DNA of 64,000 nt from Diplonema japonicum. Taxonomy: Eukaryota > Protista > Euglenozoa: Diplonemea. The notes under the pieces are model-generated. The model ran no database searches. It worked only from the letters and a program-made list of their open reading frames with translations, and was not told the origin of the DNA. The position numbers were made by a program, and so were the translations under genes. The DNA is taken from assembly GCA_964019335.1 (NCBI GenBank), contig OZ025718.1, positions 372,001-436,000 on the forward strand. The letters are read 5' to 3'. Shown piece after piece: positions 13,338 through 26,454 of the stretch. How positions within the stretch are numbered: the stretch's first letter is position 1; each line of letters opens with the position of its first letter.

Positions 13338-13559
13338 GATGTGATTTTTTTTTTCTTTCTTTCTTTTTTTTTTTTTTTTTTTTCTGTTTCCTTTCCAATT
13401 TTTAAAATACGGGCAATTTAGAGAAGAAGAAGTCAAATACAAAAAAGAGCTCGGCTGATTGTTTGTGCAAGCCGGAGGCACAGTCGAAGTCCGCCGGCGC
13501 TGTAGGTGCTCCCTCGGGATACAGCACAACAGGGATCGATGTCTATGCAAGCCATTTTT

Positions 13560-13666
13560 GTTTGTGCAAGCCGTTTCCACCTACAGTAGGGGTGAACGGA
13601 TAAGCTGCCTCTACTCTTTTTTGCAATAACAATTCTTTTCAAAAATTTGTTTACTTGTTCCAGCAA
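13560..13666 (-). repeat. Non-coding element downstream of cyclase 2, homologous to 1905-2085
   Basis: Same blocks as at 1905-2085; three TGCAAGCC copies lie at ~13465-13572. Confidence 0.75.
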
Positions 13667-13829
13667 AAAAAAAAAAAAAAAAGAAGAAAAAAAAAAAAAA
13701 AAAAGACCCAAATAATATATATTCCAGTATTTGTTTGTTGTGCACCAGAGATCCTTCTAGCCTTATAAAAAAAAAATAGGTTTACAAACTACATTACCAA
13801 AATAAATATATATATAGTACCCCCTCTGT

Positions 13830-13863
<34 letters not shown>

Positions 13864-13892
13864 ATTATAGATAACCGTGTAATGTATTTCTA

Positions 13893-16800
13893 TCAAAACG
13901 CCTGTAGACGCAGCCCGCTACGCTGCCCGGGGAGTGGCGCGATCTTTGCAAGACTGGAGAGGCTCTGGAGGACACCATCTGGGAGATTTGTGAACCTTAC
14001 CGCAACTCGGTGGCTCGGGGTGTACTCCGGCCCCAAAGAACCCAACAAAGTCACAACCCTCTGCAGCGTGACATCCTCCGGTGTGAGGGCCGCCTTCGTA
14101 ACCAGTGTCTCGACCGCTCCAGCAGTGCCTGCGATGGCTTCCCTCACAGCAACATTGTACTGTTCCAGCTCCGGGTCGCTCCCTGAGATGGTCCCCCAGG
14201 CATCCTCCAACTGTGTCATGAGCTTTGTGGTCAAGAGCTCCATCATCAAGATCTGCCGTTCTGTGTCAGAATCCATCCACATGTCAACGATGCGGACGAA
14301 GGGTGAGATTGCAGGGTTTGCGCAGAGCCTGCATTCTAAAGTGCAGTCCGAAAGGAGGCAGAAGGCACCAAGCTGGAGGGCATGGTCTGCTGCCGCTTCT
14401 GCCGCTTCCAAAGGCCGCCCGAAGGTTGTGTGGAAACGCCTTTTCACGGTCCCCACGTTGCCGTACAGCATGTCCCCTGTTGCAATGCCCACTCGCATCA
14501 CGCCGCTAGCTCGGCGCTCCAGCTGCGCAGCAAAGCGCAGGGCTGCTGTCGTGTGCAGCTTGCACGGCTTCGATGCATTCCACATGATGGTCATCGTGCG
14601 CCCCGTCACGTTCCCAACCACACCGTCCGTCTGCCCGGCAGCGTCCACCACAACACGCACCATTGTGTTGCAGTTGTCGAAGATCGCTGTGTTCGATGAC
14701 TCCAGCTGTTGTTGTGTTTGCATGTTTGTTTGCCGAGCATACCAATCTACAGACAGCCACTGTCACCTGGCCCCTTACAAGCGTAAGACCAGTTTTCTGT
14801 TGTTTAAGGTCAAAGCCAGATAAAGGCACAGATACCTTGGTGGACTGACACACCGGCGGCGGCAGAATGGCAGCCGAAACATTAGCGCTGCTGACTTGGC
14901 TGTTCGTCTCGCCGGCAGGCGACGCGGCCAAGGGCGTGCCGCTCTGCGGGGAGGCGCTTTTGTTGTGGTCGATGGTGATGTTTGTCTCATAGGCGGACTT
15001 CCTGCTGTTGGACTTCTTCACACGCTCGGCAAGCTTGGAAGGCGCAAGGAGGTAGAGCCTCTGCGCCCCTTCGATGCCTTTCAGGTTGTGGGTACCGAAG
15101 TCCTCGACGGCTGGGGAACCAAGCGCATGGAGGTCACCCTTGACGGCTTGGTACATGTCAGCGGTGAGGCAGACTGTCCCCGGGTAGGCCTTGCCCTCTG
15201 TGCGCGATGCAACGTTGACGGTGGTGCCTCGGTAGTCACGCCTGCCCGTGAGGGGGTTCTCCTCTGGGATGGTGTGCCCGATGTGGACGCCCATGCGCAC
15301 CTTGAGGCCCTGGTCGAGGTCTAGGTCAGCAGGCCAATCGATGGAAGCGAAGATGCTCTGAACTTGGAAGCAAAAGTGCAGTGTGTCAACGGGGTTGCTG
15401 AAGGCCACCATGAACGCGTCCCCGATGGTCTTCACCTCGTACCCGTTGTGCTCATCGAGCGCAGCACGGATGGTCTCGTTGTGCGTCTCCATCGCAAGGT
15501 TCATCCCTGTGCTGGACCGCTCCCACAGCTCCGTCGACTTCACGATGTCGGTGAACACGATGCTGACAATGCCCGAAGGCGGCTCCATGATCTCCAGCTC
15601 GTGGTTACTGTTCAGCAGGGCGTTAGGGACGAAGGCACGGAACTCCTTCAACTTCTTCTTCATCTTCAAGAACGACAGCTGCATGCTTTTAACCTCATAC
15701 ATGCTGGATATGGAGTCCTGGAAGTTGCAGTCAAGATCCATTTCCGCAACGTGGTGCATCTCGAAGACGAGGTTGCGGATAGGTTTCGAAATGTAGTGCG
15801 TGATGACGATGCAGATGGAGATAAGGATGATGGACGCGCCTGCAACGATGCCAATGGTGATGTAGCGCTTCTCAGTGATGTCATCTTCAACTTTGTTCTT
15901 GTCACTTTCGATGTTCTGCTGGATGAGGGCTGCTTCTTTGATCACATCACCATAAAGGTAGAGGTAGTCCAATGTGCTGACGAACCACCAATCGATTCCC
16001 TCTGTGATGTTGATCCTTCTGATGAGGACGTAATGCTTGGATGTGGTGTTGTCCCACTCCTCAACGTCGAGGAGCCTGAACCCGCCGTCGGCTACAATTT
16101 GCTCGTAGGTCCCGTTGATGGCTGTTGCGATGCTTGCCGTTAGGTTGTCTGTTGCCTCAACGTCTTTGAGAAGCATTTTTGTTTCGTCCTCCCTTACACC
16201 TGGTCTGCTGGGGTCAGCTGCAAGGCCGTCCGACACACCAGTCAGAATACTTTTCTGTTCGTGCGCCTCTGCTTCATATGTGTTGTTAAGCGCATTGTAC
16301 GCGTCAACCAGCCACATGTTGGCAACACATGTGTACAGCCGCACCACAGCGCTCGTCCCAATACGGATCTGCGACGCCATGTTAGCAAGGTACAGAGATA
16401 TCTTAGGTAGGGTCACTGCGAGGAACACGGTGACCTCTCTTCCAAACGCGTCCCTGCGTAACAGCAATGCCGTCATTCCCACGAACGAACCGTAAGGGAC
16501 AATGTGGCCGAACTTTATCTCATCGAAGGGGATCACACCGCTGTTAATATACAGCCTGCTGGACAAATTCCCAGCGGGCAGCCTACCTAAATGGTACTGA
16601 AAGCCTGTTGAAATCCCCCTGCTGTCCACACCGTGCACCTCAGTATGCGCGTACGGGTAATCGATTTTTGTACCGTCGTTAAACATGAGCCTCAAGGCAC
16701 CTTGAATATCGTAGAACATCAGATACTTGTCGTTCTGGGAGATGACACCGGAGAGGGCAATGCCTTCTGGACCAAGGGCTTTGATGGACAGATAGAAGTG

Positions 16801-17292
16801 CGGCTGCAAAGCACGCATCCATGGCCAGTTGGTGGTGTCAACGCCTTGGTTGACCCTGTTCACGAGGGTATCGAGACGGGTGAACTCGGCAAGGACACTG
16901 CCTATGTAGTTGTGGATATCCTGAGCGACGGCGTTGGAGGCGTAGCCCAGCAGATCGGATGTAATGTTGTTGAGTGTCACGCTGGTGAAGTCCCAGCACT
17001 GGTCTGTGGCCTTGTCGCCGCTGTCACGCGTTGCTTTGATTGCTTTGTCTTGAGATTCAACAGTGATGATAACAGACGCCAGCACCGAGCTCACAATAAT
17101 GCCAACCAGGCACATGGCTGTTACAACTGACCTGACCGAGAAGCACTTGCTGGAGCAGCTTTCACTTACCTCCAGGTCTTCGCTCCTCAGTTGCTTCATG
17201 CCGGGGCCTCTTTTCGACCCCTTTGTGCTTTTTAACGATTTCACCCTCCCATTCCTGCTTGAGCCGCTTTGTAACGTACTATTCTGATCCAT
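13893..17292 (-). CDS. Receptor-type class III adenylate cyclase 2 (same architecture), ~1120 aa
   Basis: Exons 17292-14743 and 14705-13893; 37-nt intron 14706-14742 (GTATGC...CAACAACAG) at the same position as intron 1 of cyclase 1. Motifs FTDIVKST, KTIGDAFMVAF, DYRGTTVNVASR. Confidence 0.9.
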
Positions 17293-18290
17293 TTGGTTCG
17301 CAGCTTTCTCTTTTTTTTCTTTTTTTCTTTTTTTTTTTTTTATTTATTTCCCTTTTTTTTTTTGAGATTTGATTTGGGAAGGGGGGAAAAAAATTGGAAG
17401 GGCGGGGGGAAAAAGAAGGGGAAAAGAAAACCCAAACGAAATAAGATAAATAAACATTCCGGGGGGGGGGGGGGGGGGGACGACGGGGGAAGGGAAGAAA
17501 GAAAAAAAAAAGAAAAGAAGAAGGAAAAAAAAAAAAAAGGGAAACTTGCGTAGACGATAGAGGGAGGAAAATAAAGAGGAAAAAGAAAAAAAAGGAAAAT
17601 AGGAGGGAGAGAATGGGGGGTAATAGAAAAAAGGGAAAGGAGTAAAGAAAAAGATAAAATAGAGAGGAATGTAGAGAATGGGGGTATATAGGACAAGTGA
17701 AGGGCATTTTTTTTTTTTCCGAAGAGAATTTAAATGGAGTACAAATGAGAAACTTATGTGTGTTTCTTTAATTTTCTGTGTTGTTTTTGTGTATGAAATA
17801 CATCTTTTTGCCGGAGTGGGAATAGAAGTTCGTAAGAAATAGAAGATGAAAAGGAAAAGAAAAGTAATCCAAAACTGGCCTTTATTATTTTCCTCTACCT
17901 TTTTTTTTTTTTACTGCTACAAGCGGTCGTAGGTCACTGAAGATACAAAAGTAGAACTAAAAAGAAAGAAAAAAAAAACCTAGTTTTTCCTCAAAGCATC
18001 CTATTAGTGACTGCACGTCCCACTATATTTCTTTCCCCATCCTGCCCCTGACTTCCGCAATAAGATTATCAAAAAAAATGGTTTTTTTTCCCCCTTCTTA
18101 TTTCCCCCCCCTTTCTTCTTTTTCAAATGAAATGGTAAGCACCCACGAAAAAAAAAAAAAAAAAAAATACAATCAAGGCTTGATTAGAGAAGTCTAGCCG
18201 TATCCCTTTGTAGTATTTTTTTTATTATTATTTTTTTTTTTTTTTTTTTTTTTTAGAAGATATCCTTCGTTGATTCAAATTTTTTCTCGG

Positions 18291-18325
<35 letters not shown>

Positions 18326-18528
18326 AGCAAGGCACTAGAAACGTCAACAAAAAAAAAACCACATGGAAAAGGACAAAAAAAAAAAAAAAAAGGATGCTCA
18401 AAGAGAACCAGGAACCCTCTTTGGATTTGGGAAAAAAAAACAAAAAAAAAAAAAAAAAACAGGTCACTCGCGCAAGAGGAAAAAAAAAAGAAAAAAAAAA
18501 AAGAAAAAAAAGAGAAAAAATATTGTTC

Positions 18529-21500
18529 TCACATCCTCGAAGATACCAGGTCGTGCTTCCTGGGGGGGCCTTGCGGGGCGGTAACCACACCACCAGACAC
18601 GGGAAGAGCGGTCTCACCCATGAGGTCGTAGTCGATGGAACGCGCAGACTGGCGACCCTCGTTGATGGCCCAGACAACCAGAGACTGACCCCGCCTGCAA
18701 TCACCCGCAGAGTAAACACGGGGAATGTTAGTGTGGTACTTGTCCTTGGGAGTGGAGATGTTGCCTCGCTGGTCACACTTCACGTCCAACTCCTCAATGA
18801 GAGTCTTCTCAGGGCCCAGGAAGCCCATGGCAAGGAAGACCATGTCAGCCTCGTACAGCTTTTCACTGTTGGGAACCTCGCGCATGTTCCACCTCCCCAC
18901 TTCGTCCTGTTCCCACCTCACGAGACATGTCTTGATCCCTGTCACGTGGCCCTCTGCGTTCACCACGAACTCCTTCGACATTGTGTTGAACTTCCGTGGG
19001 TCGTCACCGGTCACAGCCTTCACCTCTTCGTGGCCGTAGTCCACTCTGAAGATCTTCGGCCACTGCGGCCACGGGTTGGCGTCTGCCCTCTCCTCCGGCG
19101 GGCAAGGCATGATCTCAAAGGAGACCACGTCCTTGGCGCCCTGCCTCATTGCAGTCCCGATGCAGTCGTTACCCGTGTCGCCACCACCGATCACAATCAC
19201 CTTCTTCCCCTTGGCGTTCATGTAGAAAGGAGGGTTCCCGTCAGTGATGGAACCCAAGTAGTCCATAGCGAAGAAGATGCCCTTGCCCTCCCTCCCCTTG
19301 ATGGGCAGGTCTCTCGGCCATGTCGCCCCCGTCGCCAGCAGAACAGCGTGGCTGTTCCTCAGCAGCAGCTTGGCGTCCACGTTGGTTCCCACCTCGGCAC
19401 GCGTCACGAACTGCACGCCCTCTGCGGTCATGAGGTCCACCCTGCGCTGCACGAGAGACTTGTCCAGCTTCATGTTCGGGATACCGTAGGTGAGCAGTCC
19501 GCCCACACGCTCTGTCCTTTCGTACACCGTCACTGTGTGCCCGGATTTGTTGAGCTGGTCAGCAGCTGCAAGGCCCGCGGGACCAGAGCCGATGATAGAG
19601 ATGATCTTGTTGGTGCGCTGCGTGATGATCTGCGGCTTCATCCAACCCTGCTCCCACGCGTGGTCGATGATCGCTGCCTCGATGCTCTTAATGCTGACGG
19701 CGGGAGAGTTGATCCCCAGAGTGCACGCACCCTCGCAGGGCGCAGGGCACACTCTGCCTGTGAACTCGGGGAAGTTGTTGGTGACCATCAGGGCGTCGAA
19801 GGCGTCACGCATCTGCCCCTTGTAGACAAGGTCGTTCCACTTGGGGATGACGTTCGAGATGGGGCACCCGGAGTGCTCCGACGAGCAGAACGGTACACCG
19901 CAGTCCATGCACCTGGCAGCTTGGATCTTCAGGTTAGGCTCGTCGTGCCTCTTCGTGAGCTCCTTGTCGTCCTTCAGCCTGTCGATAGGGTCACGGTACT
20001 CGTCGATCTTCCTGGGGTACTTCATGAAGCCACGCTGCTTGTTCAGCTTACCACCGCGCTTGACGCTGGCAACCACCTCCTCGATGTCTGTGATGAGCTC
20101 CGGCTTCGGTGCCTCTGTGACGGCAGGCTTGTTGGCAGCCTCCCTCATGGCCCTTGCGTAGTCCCTGGGCAGTACCTTCACGAACTCGATGACGTGCAGG
20201 CTCCAGTTGGACAGGATGGTCCTCCCCACAACGGATTCTGTCGCATCCACGAACTCTGTGATGATGGAGCGCAGCCACGCCTGCTCAGACTTGTCGGTCA
20301 CGCTCATCAAGTCCACGATCGATGTGTTGCACTTCCTGTCGAAGACCTGCGCAGGGTCCCAGATGTAGGCAATCCCGCCAGACATGCCCGCTGCGAAGTT
20401 CTTCCCCGTCGGCCCGAGGATCACCACCTTGCCGCCCGTCATGTACTCACAACCGTGGTCGCCCACACCCTCCACCACTGCGACGGCACCGCTGTTCCTT
20501 ACGCAGAACCTTTCAGCAGCCACACCCCTGAAGAAAGCAGTGCCGTTGGTGGCGCCGTACAAGCACACGTTCCCGACAAGAATGTTGTTCTCGGACTTGA
20601 AGCCCTTCGAGTAGTTGGCGGGGTACGCGATGATCTGTGGTGTGCGTTAATTGTGCTTCTTTGTGTGGGCATACCCTCCCACCGGAAAGCCCCTTGCCCA
20701 CGTAGTCGTTGGCATCACCCTCCAACTCGATGGTCACACCGTTGACGAGGAAGGCACCGAGCGACTGGCCTGCCGAACCCTGTAGTGTGGTGTTGTGTTA
20801 TGTGGTGAAAGCTCGAGATAAATACCTTGAGCTTCAGCTGCACAGTGTCTCTGGGGAGACCCTTGGCACCGTACTTCTTGCAGATCACATGCGACAATGT
20901 GGTACCGAAGTCCCTGTCGCAGTTGGAGATGGCCATCGTTGCCTTGGTAGGGGCACCCGTGGCAATCGATGCTGCACAGATGTCGTTGATAAGCTTGTTG
21001 TCCAGACGGACCTCCAGACCGTGCTCCTGCTTCTGGTTGCAGATGGTGGAAGCTCCGGGGCGCAGTTCGAAGGCGGGGACAAGGATGGAGCTAAGGTCGA
21101 GCTCCTTCGTCTTCTCAGTGAGGTTCTTCTTGTCCACGTACAGCATGTCAGCCCTCCCAAGCATCTCGTTCATGGTCTTGAAACCCATGCCAGCCATGAT
21201 CTCCCTCACCTCCTCCGCAAGCATGAAGAAGTAGTTAATGACGTGCTCAGGTTGGCCGGTGAACTTCTTCCTGAGCTCAGGGTCCTGGGTGGCAATACCC
21301 ACCGGGCACGTGTTGAGGTGGCACTTTCTCATCATGATGCAGCCAAGAGCGATCAAGGGAGCAGTCGAGAACCCGAATTCGTCGGCCCCGAGCAGGCACG
21401 CGATCACGATGTCTCTACCAGTGCGCAGCTGCCCGTCGGTCTGCAGCACCACTCTACCACGCAGGTCGTTGAGGACAAGCGTCTGGTGGGTCTCGGCGAT

Positions 21501-24500
21501 ACCAAGCTCCCAAGGAAGACCCGCATGCTTGATACCAGTCCACGAAGCAGCACCAGTGCCACCGTCGTGCCCGGAGATGGTGATGTGCTCGGCGTGTCCC
21601 TTGGCAACACCTGACGCGATGACACCAACACCGACCTTGGACACAAGCTTCACGCTGATCCTCGCAGTGGGGTTCGCACACTTCAAGTCGTAGATAAGCT
21701 GCGCCAAGTCTTCAATCGAGTAGATGTCGTGGTGCGGCGGCGGCGAGATGAGCCCCACCCCAGGCGTGGACATCCTGCATGAAGCGATGGTGTCGGTCAC
21801 CTTGTGGCCGGGCAATTCTCCTCCCTCACCGGGCTTGGCACCCTGGGCCATCTTGATCTGGATCTCGTCGGCCTCCGCAAGGTAGTGGATGGTGACACCG
21901 AACCTACCAGACGCGACCTGCTTGATGGACGACCTCTTCGAGTCACCGTTGGGCAGCTTCGCGAACCTCTCCGGCATCTCACCACCCTCACCGGTGTTGC
22001 TCTTCCCGCCCAGTCTGTTCATCGCAACGGCAAGAGTTTCGTGTGCTTCCTTGCTGATACTGCCGTAGCTCATGGCACCAGTACAGAACCTCTTCACGAT
22101 GGCGGCCGCAGGCTCTACCTCGTCGATGGGGATTTTGCGGATACTCTTCAACCCAAGCAGACCACGGATGGTGCAGCGCTTCACCTGCTCGTTGGTTGCC
22201 TTTGCGAACTCTTTGTAGACATCCATGTTCTTGGTCCTCGAGGCGTCCTGCATGTTGGCAATGGCGCCGGGAGCGTTGATGTGCTCCTCACCACCAGCCC
22301 TGTAGCTGTAGTCACCAGGGTCAGCCAGGACAGGCGGGCGCACGACCTCCCTGTCAGGCCATGCGTTTGCGTGCATTGTGATACACTCGGAGGCCAGGGT
22401 GTTGATGCCAACACCCTTGATCCTGCTGGAGGTGCCCTTGAAGCAGAGGCTAACCACATCGGGGTGCAGACCCACAGCCTCGAACACCTGTGCACCGCGG
22501 TAACTCTTAAGCGTTGAGATACCCATCTTGGACATCACCTTGCGCAGCCCAGTGTCGCATGCCTTGATGTAGTTTGTGGTCAGCTGGTCGAAGGTGAGAT
22601 CAGGCTTCAACTTGTTACCCAACCTCATCTGCTCGAGAGTCTCGAAGACCAGCCAGGGGCAAATAGCATCAGCACCGTAGCCCACAAGCAGTGCCATGTG
22701 GTGCACCTCACGTGCCTCAGCTGTCTCCACGATAAGCCCAACCTGCATCCTCTTCTTCTCTCTAACCAGGTGCTGGTGAACACATCCCACTGCCGCCAAC
22801 GTGCTGATCGGGACAGTGTCTTGGTTCATCGCACGGTCGGACAGCACGATGAAACGGTAGCCTTTGTCGATGGCGGTGACGGCCTCCTGGCTGATCCTGG
22901 CGAGGGTCTTCTCCAGACCCATCGTACCCTTCTTGCGATCGAAGCAGATGCTGATGGTGACTGTTTTCCATTGCACGAACCGCATGGACGAAGTGTGGAT
23001 CTGCTTGATGGCGTGGCAGGCCTTGAGGCTGATGACGGGCGTGTCAAGTTCCAGCCTCGCGCACTGCTCTTGGTTGTGCACAAGGACGTTTCCTGCAGGC
23101 CCGATGGGGTTTTTCAGCGACATAATAACTGCCTCACGGAAGGGGTCGATGGGGGGGTTAGTGACCTGCGCGAAGAGCTGCTTGAAGTACTCGTACAGCA
23201 GACGCGGCTGGTCGGAGAGACACGCAAGAGGGGTGTCGTTACCCATGGAACCAAGGGCCTCGTAGGCATTCTCAGCCATGGGTTGGATCAGGGTACGGAG
23301 GTGCTCGACGGTGTACCCCATGCACCTCAGCCTGGGGTCGGTACCCTCGTCGAAGCTCGGGATGGCGATGTCCGGGACAGACGCAGTAATGGCCTCGAGG
23401 GTAAGTTTCTCGGCAGCGACCCAGCGTGCGTAGGGGCGGGCAGAGCAGACAGCCTCCTTGATGTCTTCGTCCCTGGTGAAGGTGTGCTTCTCCATGTCCA
23501 CGAGAAGCATTTTGCCGGGTTGCAGCCTGCCCTTCGCCTTGATATTGGCGTCGGGGATGGGCACCACACCGCACTCGCTGCCCATGATGAGGTAGTCGTC
23601 CTCCGTGAGCCAGTACCTGGCAGGCCTCAGACCGTTCCTGTCAAGGATGGCACCCGCGTACCTGCCGTCGCAGAATGCGAACAGAGCAGGCCCGTCCCAC
23701 GGCTCCATGAGGTTGCTTCCCCACTCGTAGAACCCACGCTTATCTTCGGGCATGGCGGCGTCGTTCTCCCAGGCCTCGGGAGCCACCAACATCATGATCT
23801 CAGGCAGCGTGTGCTCACCGTTCGCAAGCAGGAACTCGATGACGTTGTCAAGGGAGGAACTGTCGGACCCGTTGGGGTCGCACACGGGGTACAGCTTCGG
23901 GAGGATGCCCTTCGGGATGGACGGGGAGTCCATGAGGCCCTCTCTTGCGATCATCCAGTTCCTGTTCCCCATAAGAGTGTTGATTTCACCGTTGTGCGAG
24001 AGGAATCTGAGGGGCTGCGCCCTGTCCCAAGAAGGGAAGGTGTTGGTCGAGAACCTGGTGTGAGTCACCGCGAAGTGGGTCTTGTATTCCGGGTTCTGAA
24101 GGTCGCAGAAGTAAGGGAAAAGCTGTTGCGGGGTAAGCATGCCCTTGTACACGATGATCTTGGACGAGAGCGAGCAGAAGTAGAACACCTTGTGGTACGG
24201 GATGGTGTTCTGTGCCATCTTTTGGACGATGTAGCACCGTCTATCGAAATCCTTGAGGTCGATGCTGGCATCGACTCCTTCAGCGTCCTTATTGTCAGAT
24301 GCATAGGTGATGAGAAGCTGCTCGATGATGGGTTCACGGCTGATCGCGGTGGGTCCGAGGTTCGCGCCCTTCGGATCGACCGGGACCTTTCTCCACCCGA
24401 GAACTTCCAGGTTTTGTGTTTTGCAAATGTTTTCAAATTGTTGTTTGCACTCCATTCTGATAAGACCGTCTTTGTTAAGGAAGACGTTGCCTACTGCGTA

Positions 24501-24809
24501 GTGGTCTGGTGGGGGCAACCTGATGGCGTTTTCTAGAACTGCCGATTTGATGAGGTCGTGGGGGATCCCGGTGGAGATACCAGCCCCGTCACCACTCGTG
24601 GGCTCGCTTCCCTCAGCCCCCCTATGAACCATGCACATAACTGCTGAGGAGGCGTCATCCATGGTCTTTCTAGTCTGGATACCCTTAATACTCAAGATCA
24701 TCCCTACACCGCATGACCCGCCCTCGTTGGCTGGGTCATACAGTCCTTGAGCAACGGGGTATCCCGTCAACCCTTCTGTCAACTGAACATTAGTGTCCAA
24801 TTGCGTCAT
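18529..24809 (-). CDS. GLT1: NADH-dependent glutamate synthase (fused alpha+beta, eukaryotic type)
   Basis: GLYDP...CGVG amidotransferase start, [27 protein letters not shown], then beta subunit [10 protein letters not shown] and IIGSGPAG. Introns 20780-20825 and 20635-20674 restore [12 protein letters not shown]...KGLSGGRIIAYP. Confidence 0.96.
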
Positions 24810-25108
24810 TTTATTCGATAGAAGAAAGGGGTTTTTTTTTGTTTAATTTAAAAGAAGCAAGCAAAAAGAAAAAAAAGCGGTTTCTTTTTTTTTCTTTTAT
24901 TATTTTTTTTTTTCTTGCACGCAAAGAGAAAGGGAGAAAAGGAAAAAAAAAAGGAAAAAGGTCGGTGTACGCAAGAGGGAAAGGAAGAATGTCCTGTAAA
25001 AAAAAATATATATATATATTTATGAGACGGCAAAAAAAAAAGAGAATAATAAAAAAAACTGTTTTTTTTTTTTTTTTTTTTTTTTTTTTCTTGCACCGTA
25101 CACACTAA

Positions 25109-25918
25109 TCACATAATATTAATGGGGTTGGCGTCCGATGCCGCTACCTGAACAGAGAATTCCTCTCCAAGGATAGAAGACAGAGAAGGAAGAAGCTTTC
25201 CGGCGAGGTACCCACGCTCTGTGAGAGTGTGCTCTGACAGAATGCATGTGACACCAGCTGCATTGGCAGCAAGGACTTCGTGGTGGGACATTTCTCCCGT
25301 GTAGTAGAGATCCGCTTGTTTTGCGTTCCGTACAACTGAGGCACCAGACCCTGCACAGACCGCCACCTGGCTGACGGTGGTGGAGGGACCGTGACCAGGA
25401 GCGAATGCTACCCTCAGGTGTTTAAGCTTCAGGTGGGCTTTGCTAGCCATAATTACCTGCTCGAAGGTGGTGTTTGGAGCAAAGGTCCCCACTCTCCCAA
25501 CCCCAACAGATGGGTCAGCGTCATTGGGTGAAATGGGTGCGATGGTTGAACAGTTGAGGCCTTGGCAGAGCCAGTCGTTGATCCCACCGGCGGTGCTGTC
25601 GAGTGCGGAGTGCGGTGAGTAGATTGACATCCCATTCGCAACGCTTTCTAGCAGCAACATGCTCTTGTGGTCCGCAAGCTTCAGGCATTTCATAGGTCTG
25701 AAGATGGGCGGGTGGTAGGCGATGACCACTCCGCAGCCCTTCTCCATGCACTCCTTCATCACCGCCTCCGTGAAATCGATGGTCAGCATCACCTTCGTCC
25801 CGTTCTGCTGCTTCGGGTTCTCCACCATAATGCCCACGTTGTCCCACGTCGTGTCTGCGAGCCGGAGGGGCGCGATTTGCTCCATTGCGCGGATGACCTT
25901 TTGGAAACTGCCAGACAT
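25109..25918 (-). CDS. NIF3: NIF3-like protein (GTP cyclohydrolase I type 2 / DUF34 family)
   Basis: APLRLA..WDNVG, YHPPIF, YSPHSALD, VAVCAGSG, TGEMSHHE, EH..TERGYL motifs. Confidence 0.93.
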   Translation of the reverse strand: MSGSFQKVIRAMEQIAPLRLADTTWDNVGIMVENPKQQNGTKVMLTIDFTEAVMKECMEKGCGVVIAYHPPIFRPMKCLKLADHKSMLLLESVANGMSIYSPHSALDSTAGGINDWLCQGLNCSTIAPISPNDADPSVGVGRVGTFAPNTTFEQVIMASKAHLKLKHLRVAFAPGHGPSTTVSQVAVCAGSGASVVRNAKQADLYYTGEMSHHEVLAANAAGVTCILSEHTLTERGYLAGKLLPSLSSILGEEFSVQVAASDANPINIM

Positions 25919-26025
25919 TTTTTTTTTTTTTTTTTTTTTTGTTCTTGTGTTTTATTTTTCCCCCCTTTGGCTATGTTATTCTTTGTTTCCCTTTGGTTGG
26001 GAGATCTCCGAAAAAATTTGTTCAC

Positions 26026-26063
<38 letters not shown>

Positions 26064-26454
26064 GCTAAACTTCATCGGTATCACGGCAAAAACAAAATGT
26101 AAAAAAAAAGGGGGGGGAAGGTGACTAAAAACAGATGGGAAAAAAAAAAATAATGAAGTACAGTACAAAAGGGTGGGGGGAGGGGGGGGGGGCAACTTAG
26201 GCAGGAAATAACTACGACTGTCACGGGGGGAAAAAAACCCTCCCAAAAAACGAAAACCTGGGGGTTCACAGGTCAACATGGGAAGGGGGAGGTACGTTGA
26301 CCTATAAAAGGCTTAAAAAATAAAATAAAAACCCCTTTTTTGACAATGAGAGTGCATACAATCCCAAAAGCATCGGACCCGATACTATCATTGTTGGAGT
26401 CCCAATGATTGGATCCTAGAAGAACAGGACGGGTTGTTCTTTATTTTTGCGTGT

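Noticed and set aside
6205-13711. Many K/F/G/P-rich ORFs in the spacers
   Set aside because: Translations of homopolymer runs.
18394-24536. Long plus-strand ORFs (783 aa and 612 aa here; 465 aa and 414 aa opposite CTP synthase and ArgRS)
   Set aside because: Antisense shadows of GC3-rich genes with no recognisable motifs.
26345-26445. SECIS-like hairpin downstream of the SAM-domain gene
   Set aside because: No apical AA motif, wrong helix spacing, and no in-frame UGA in the gene.
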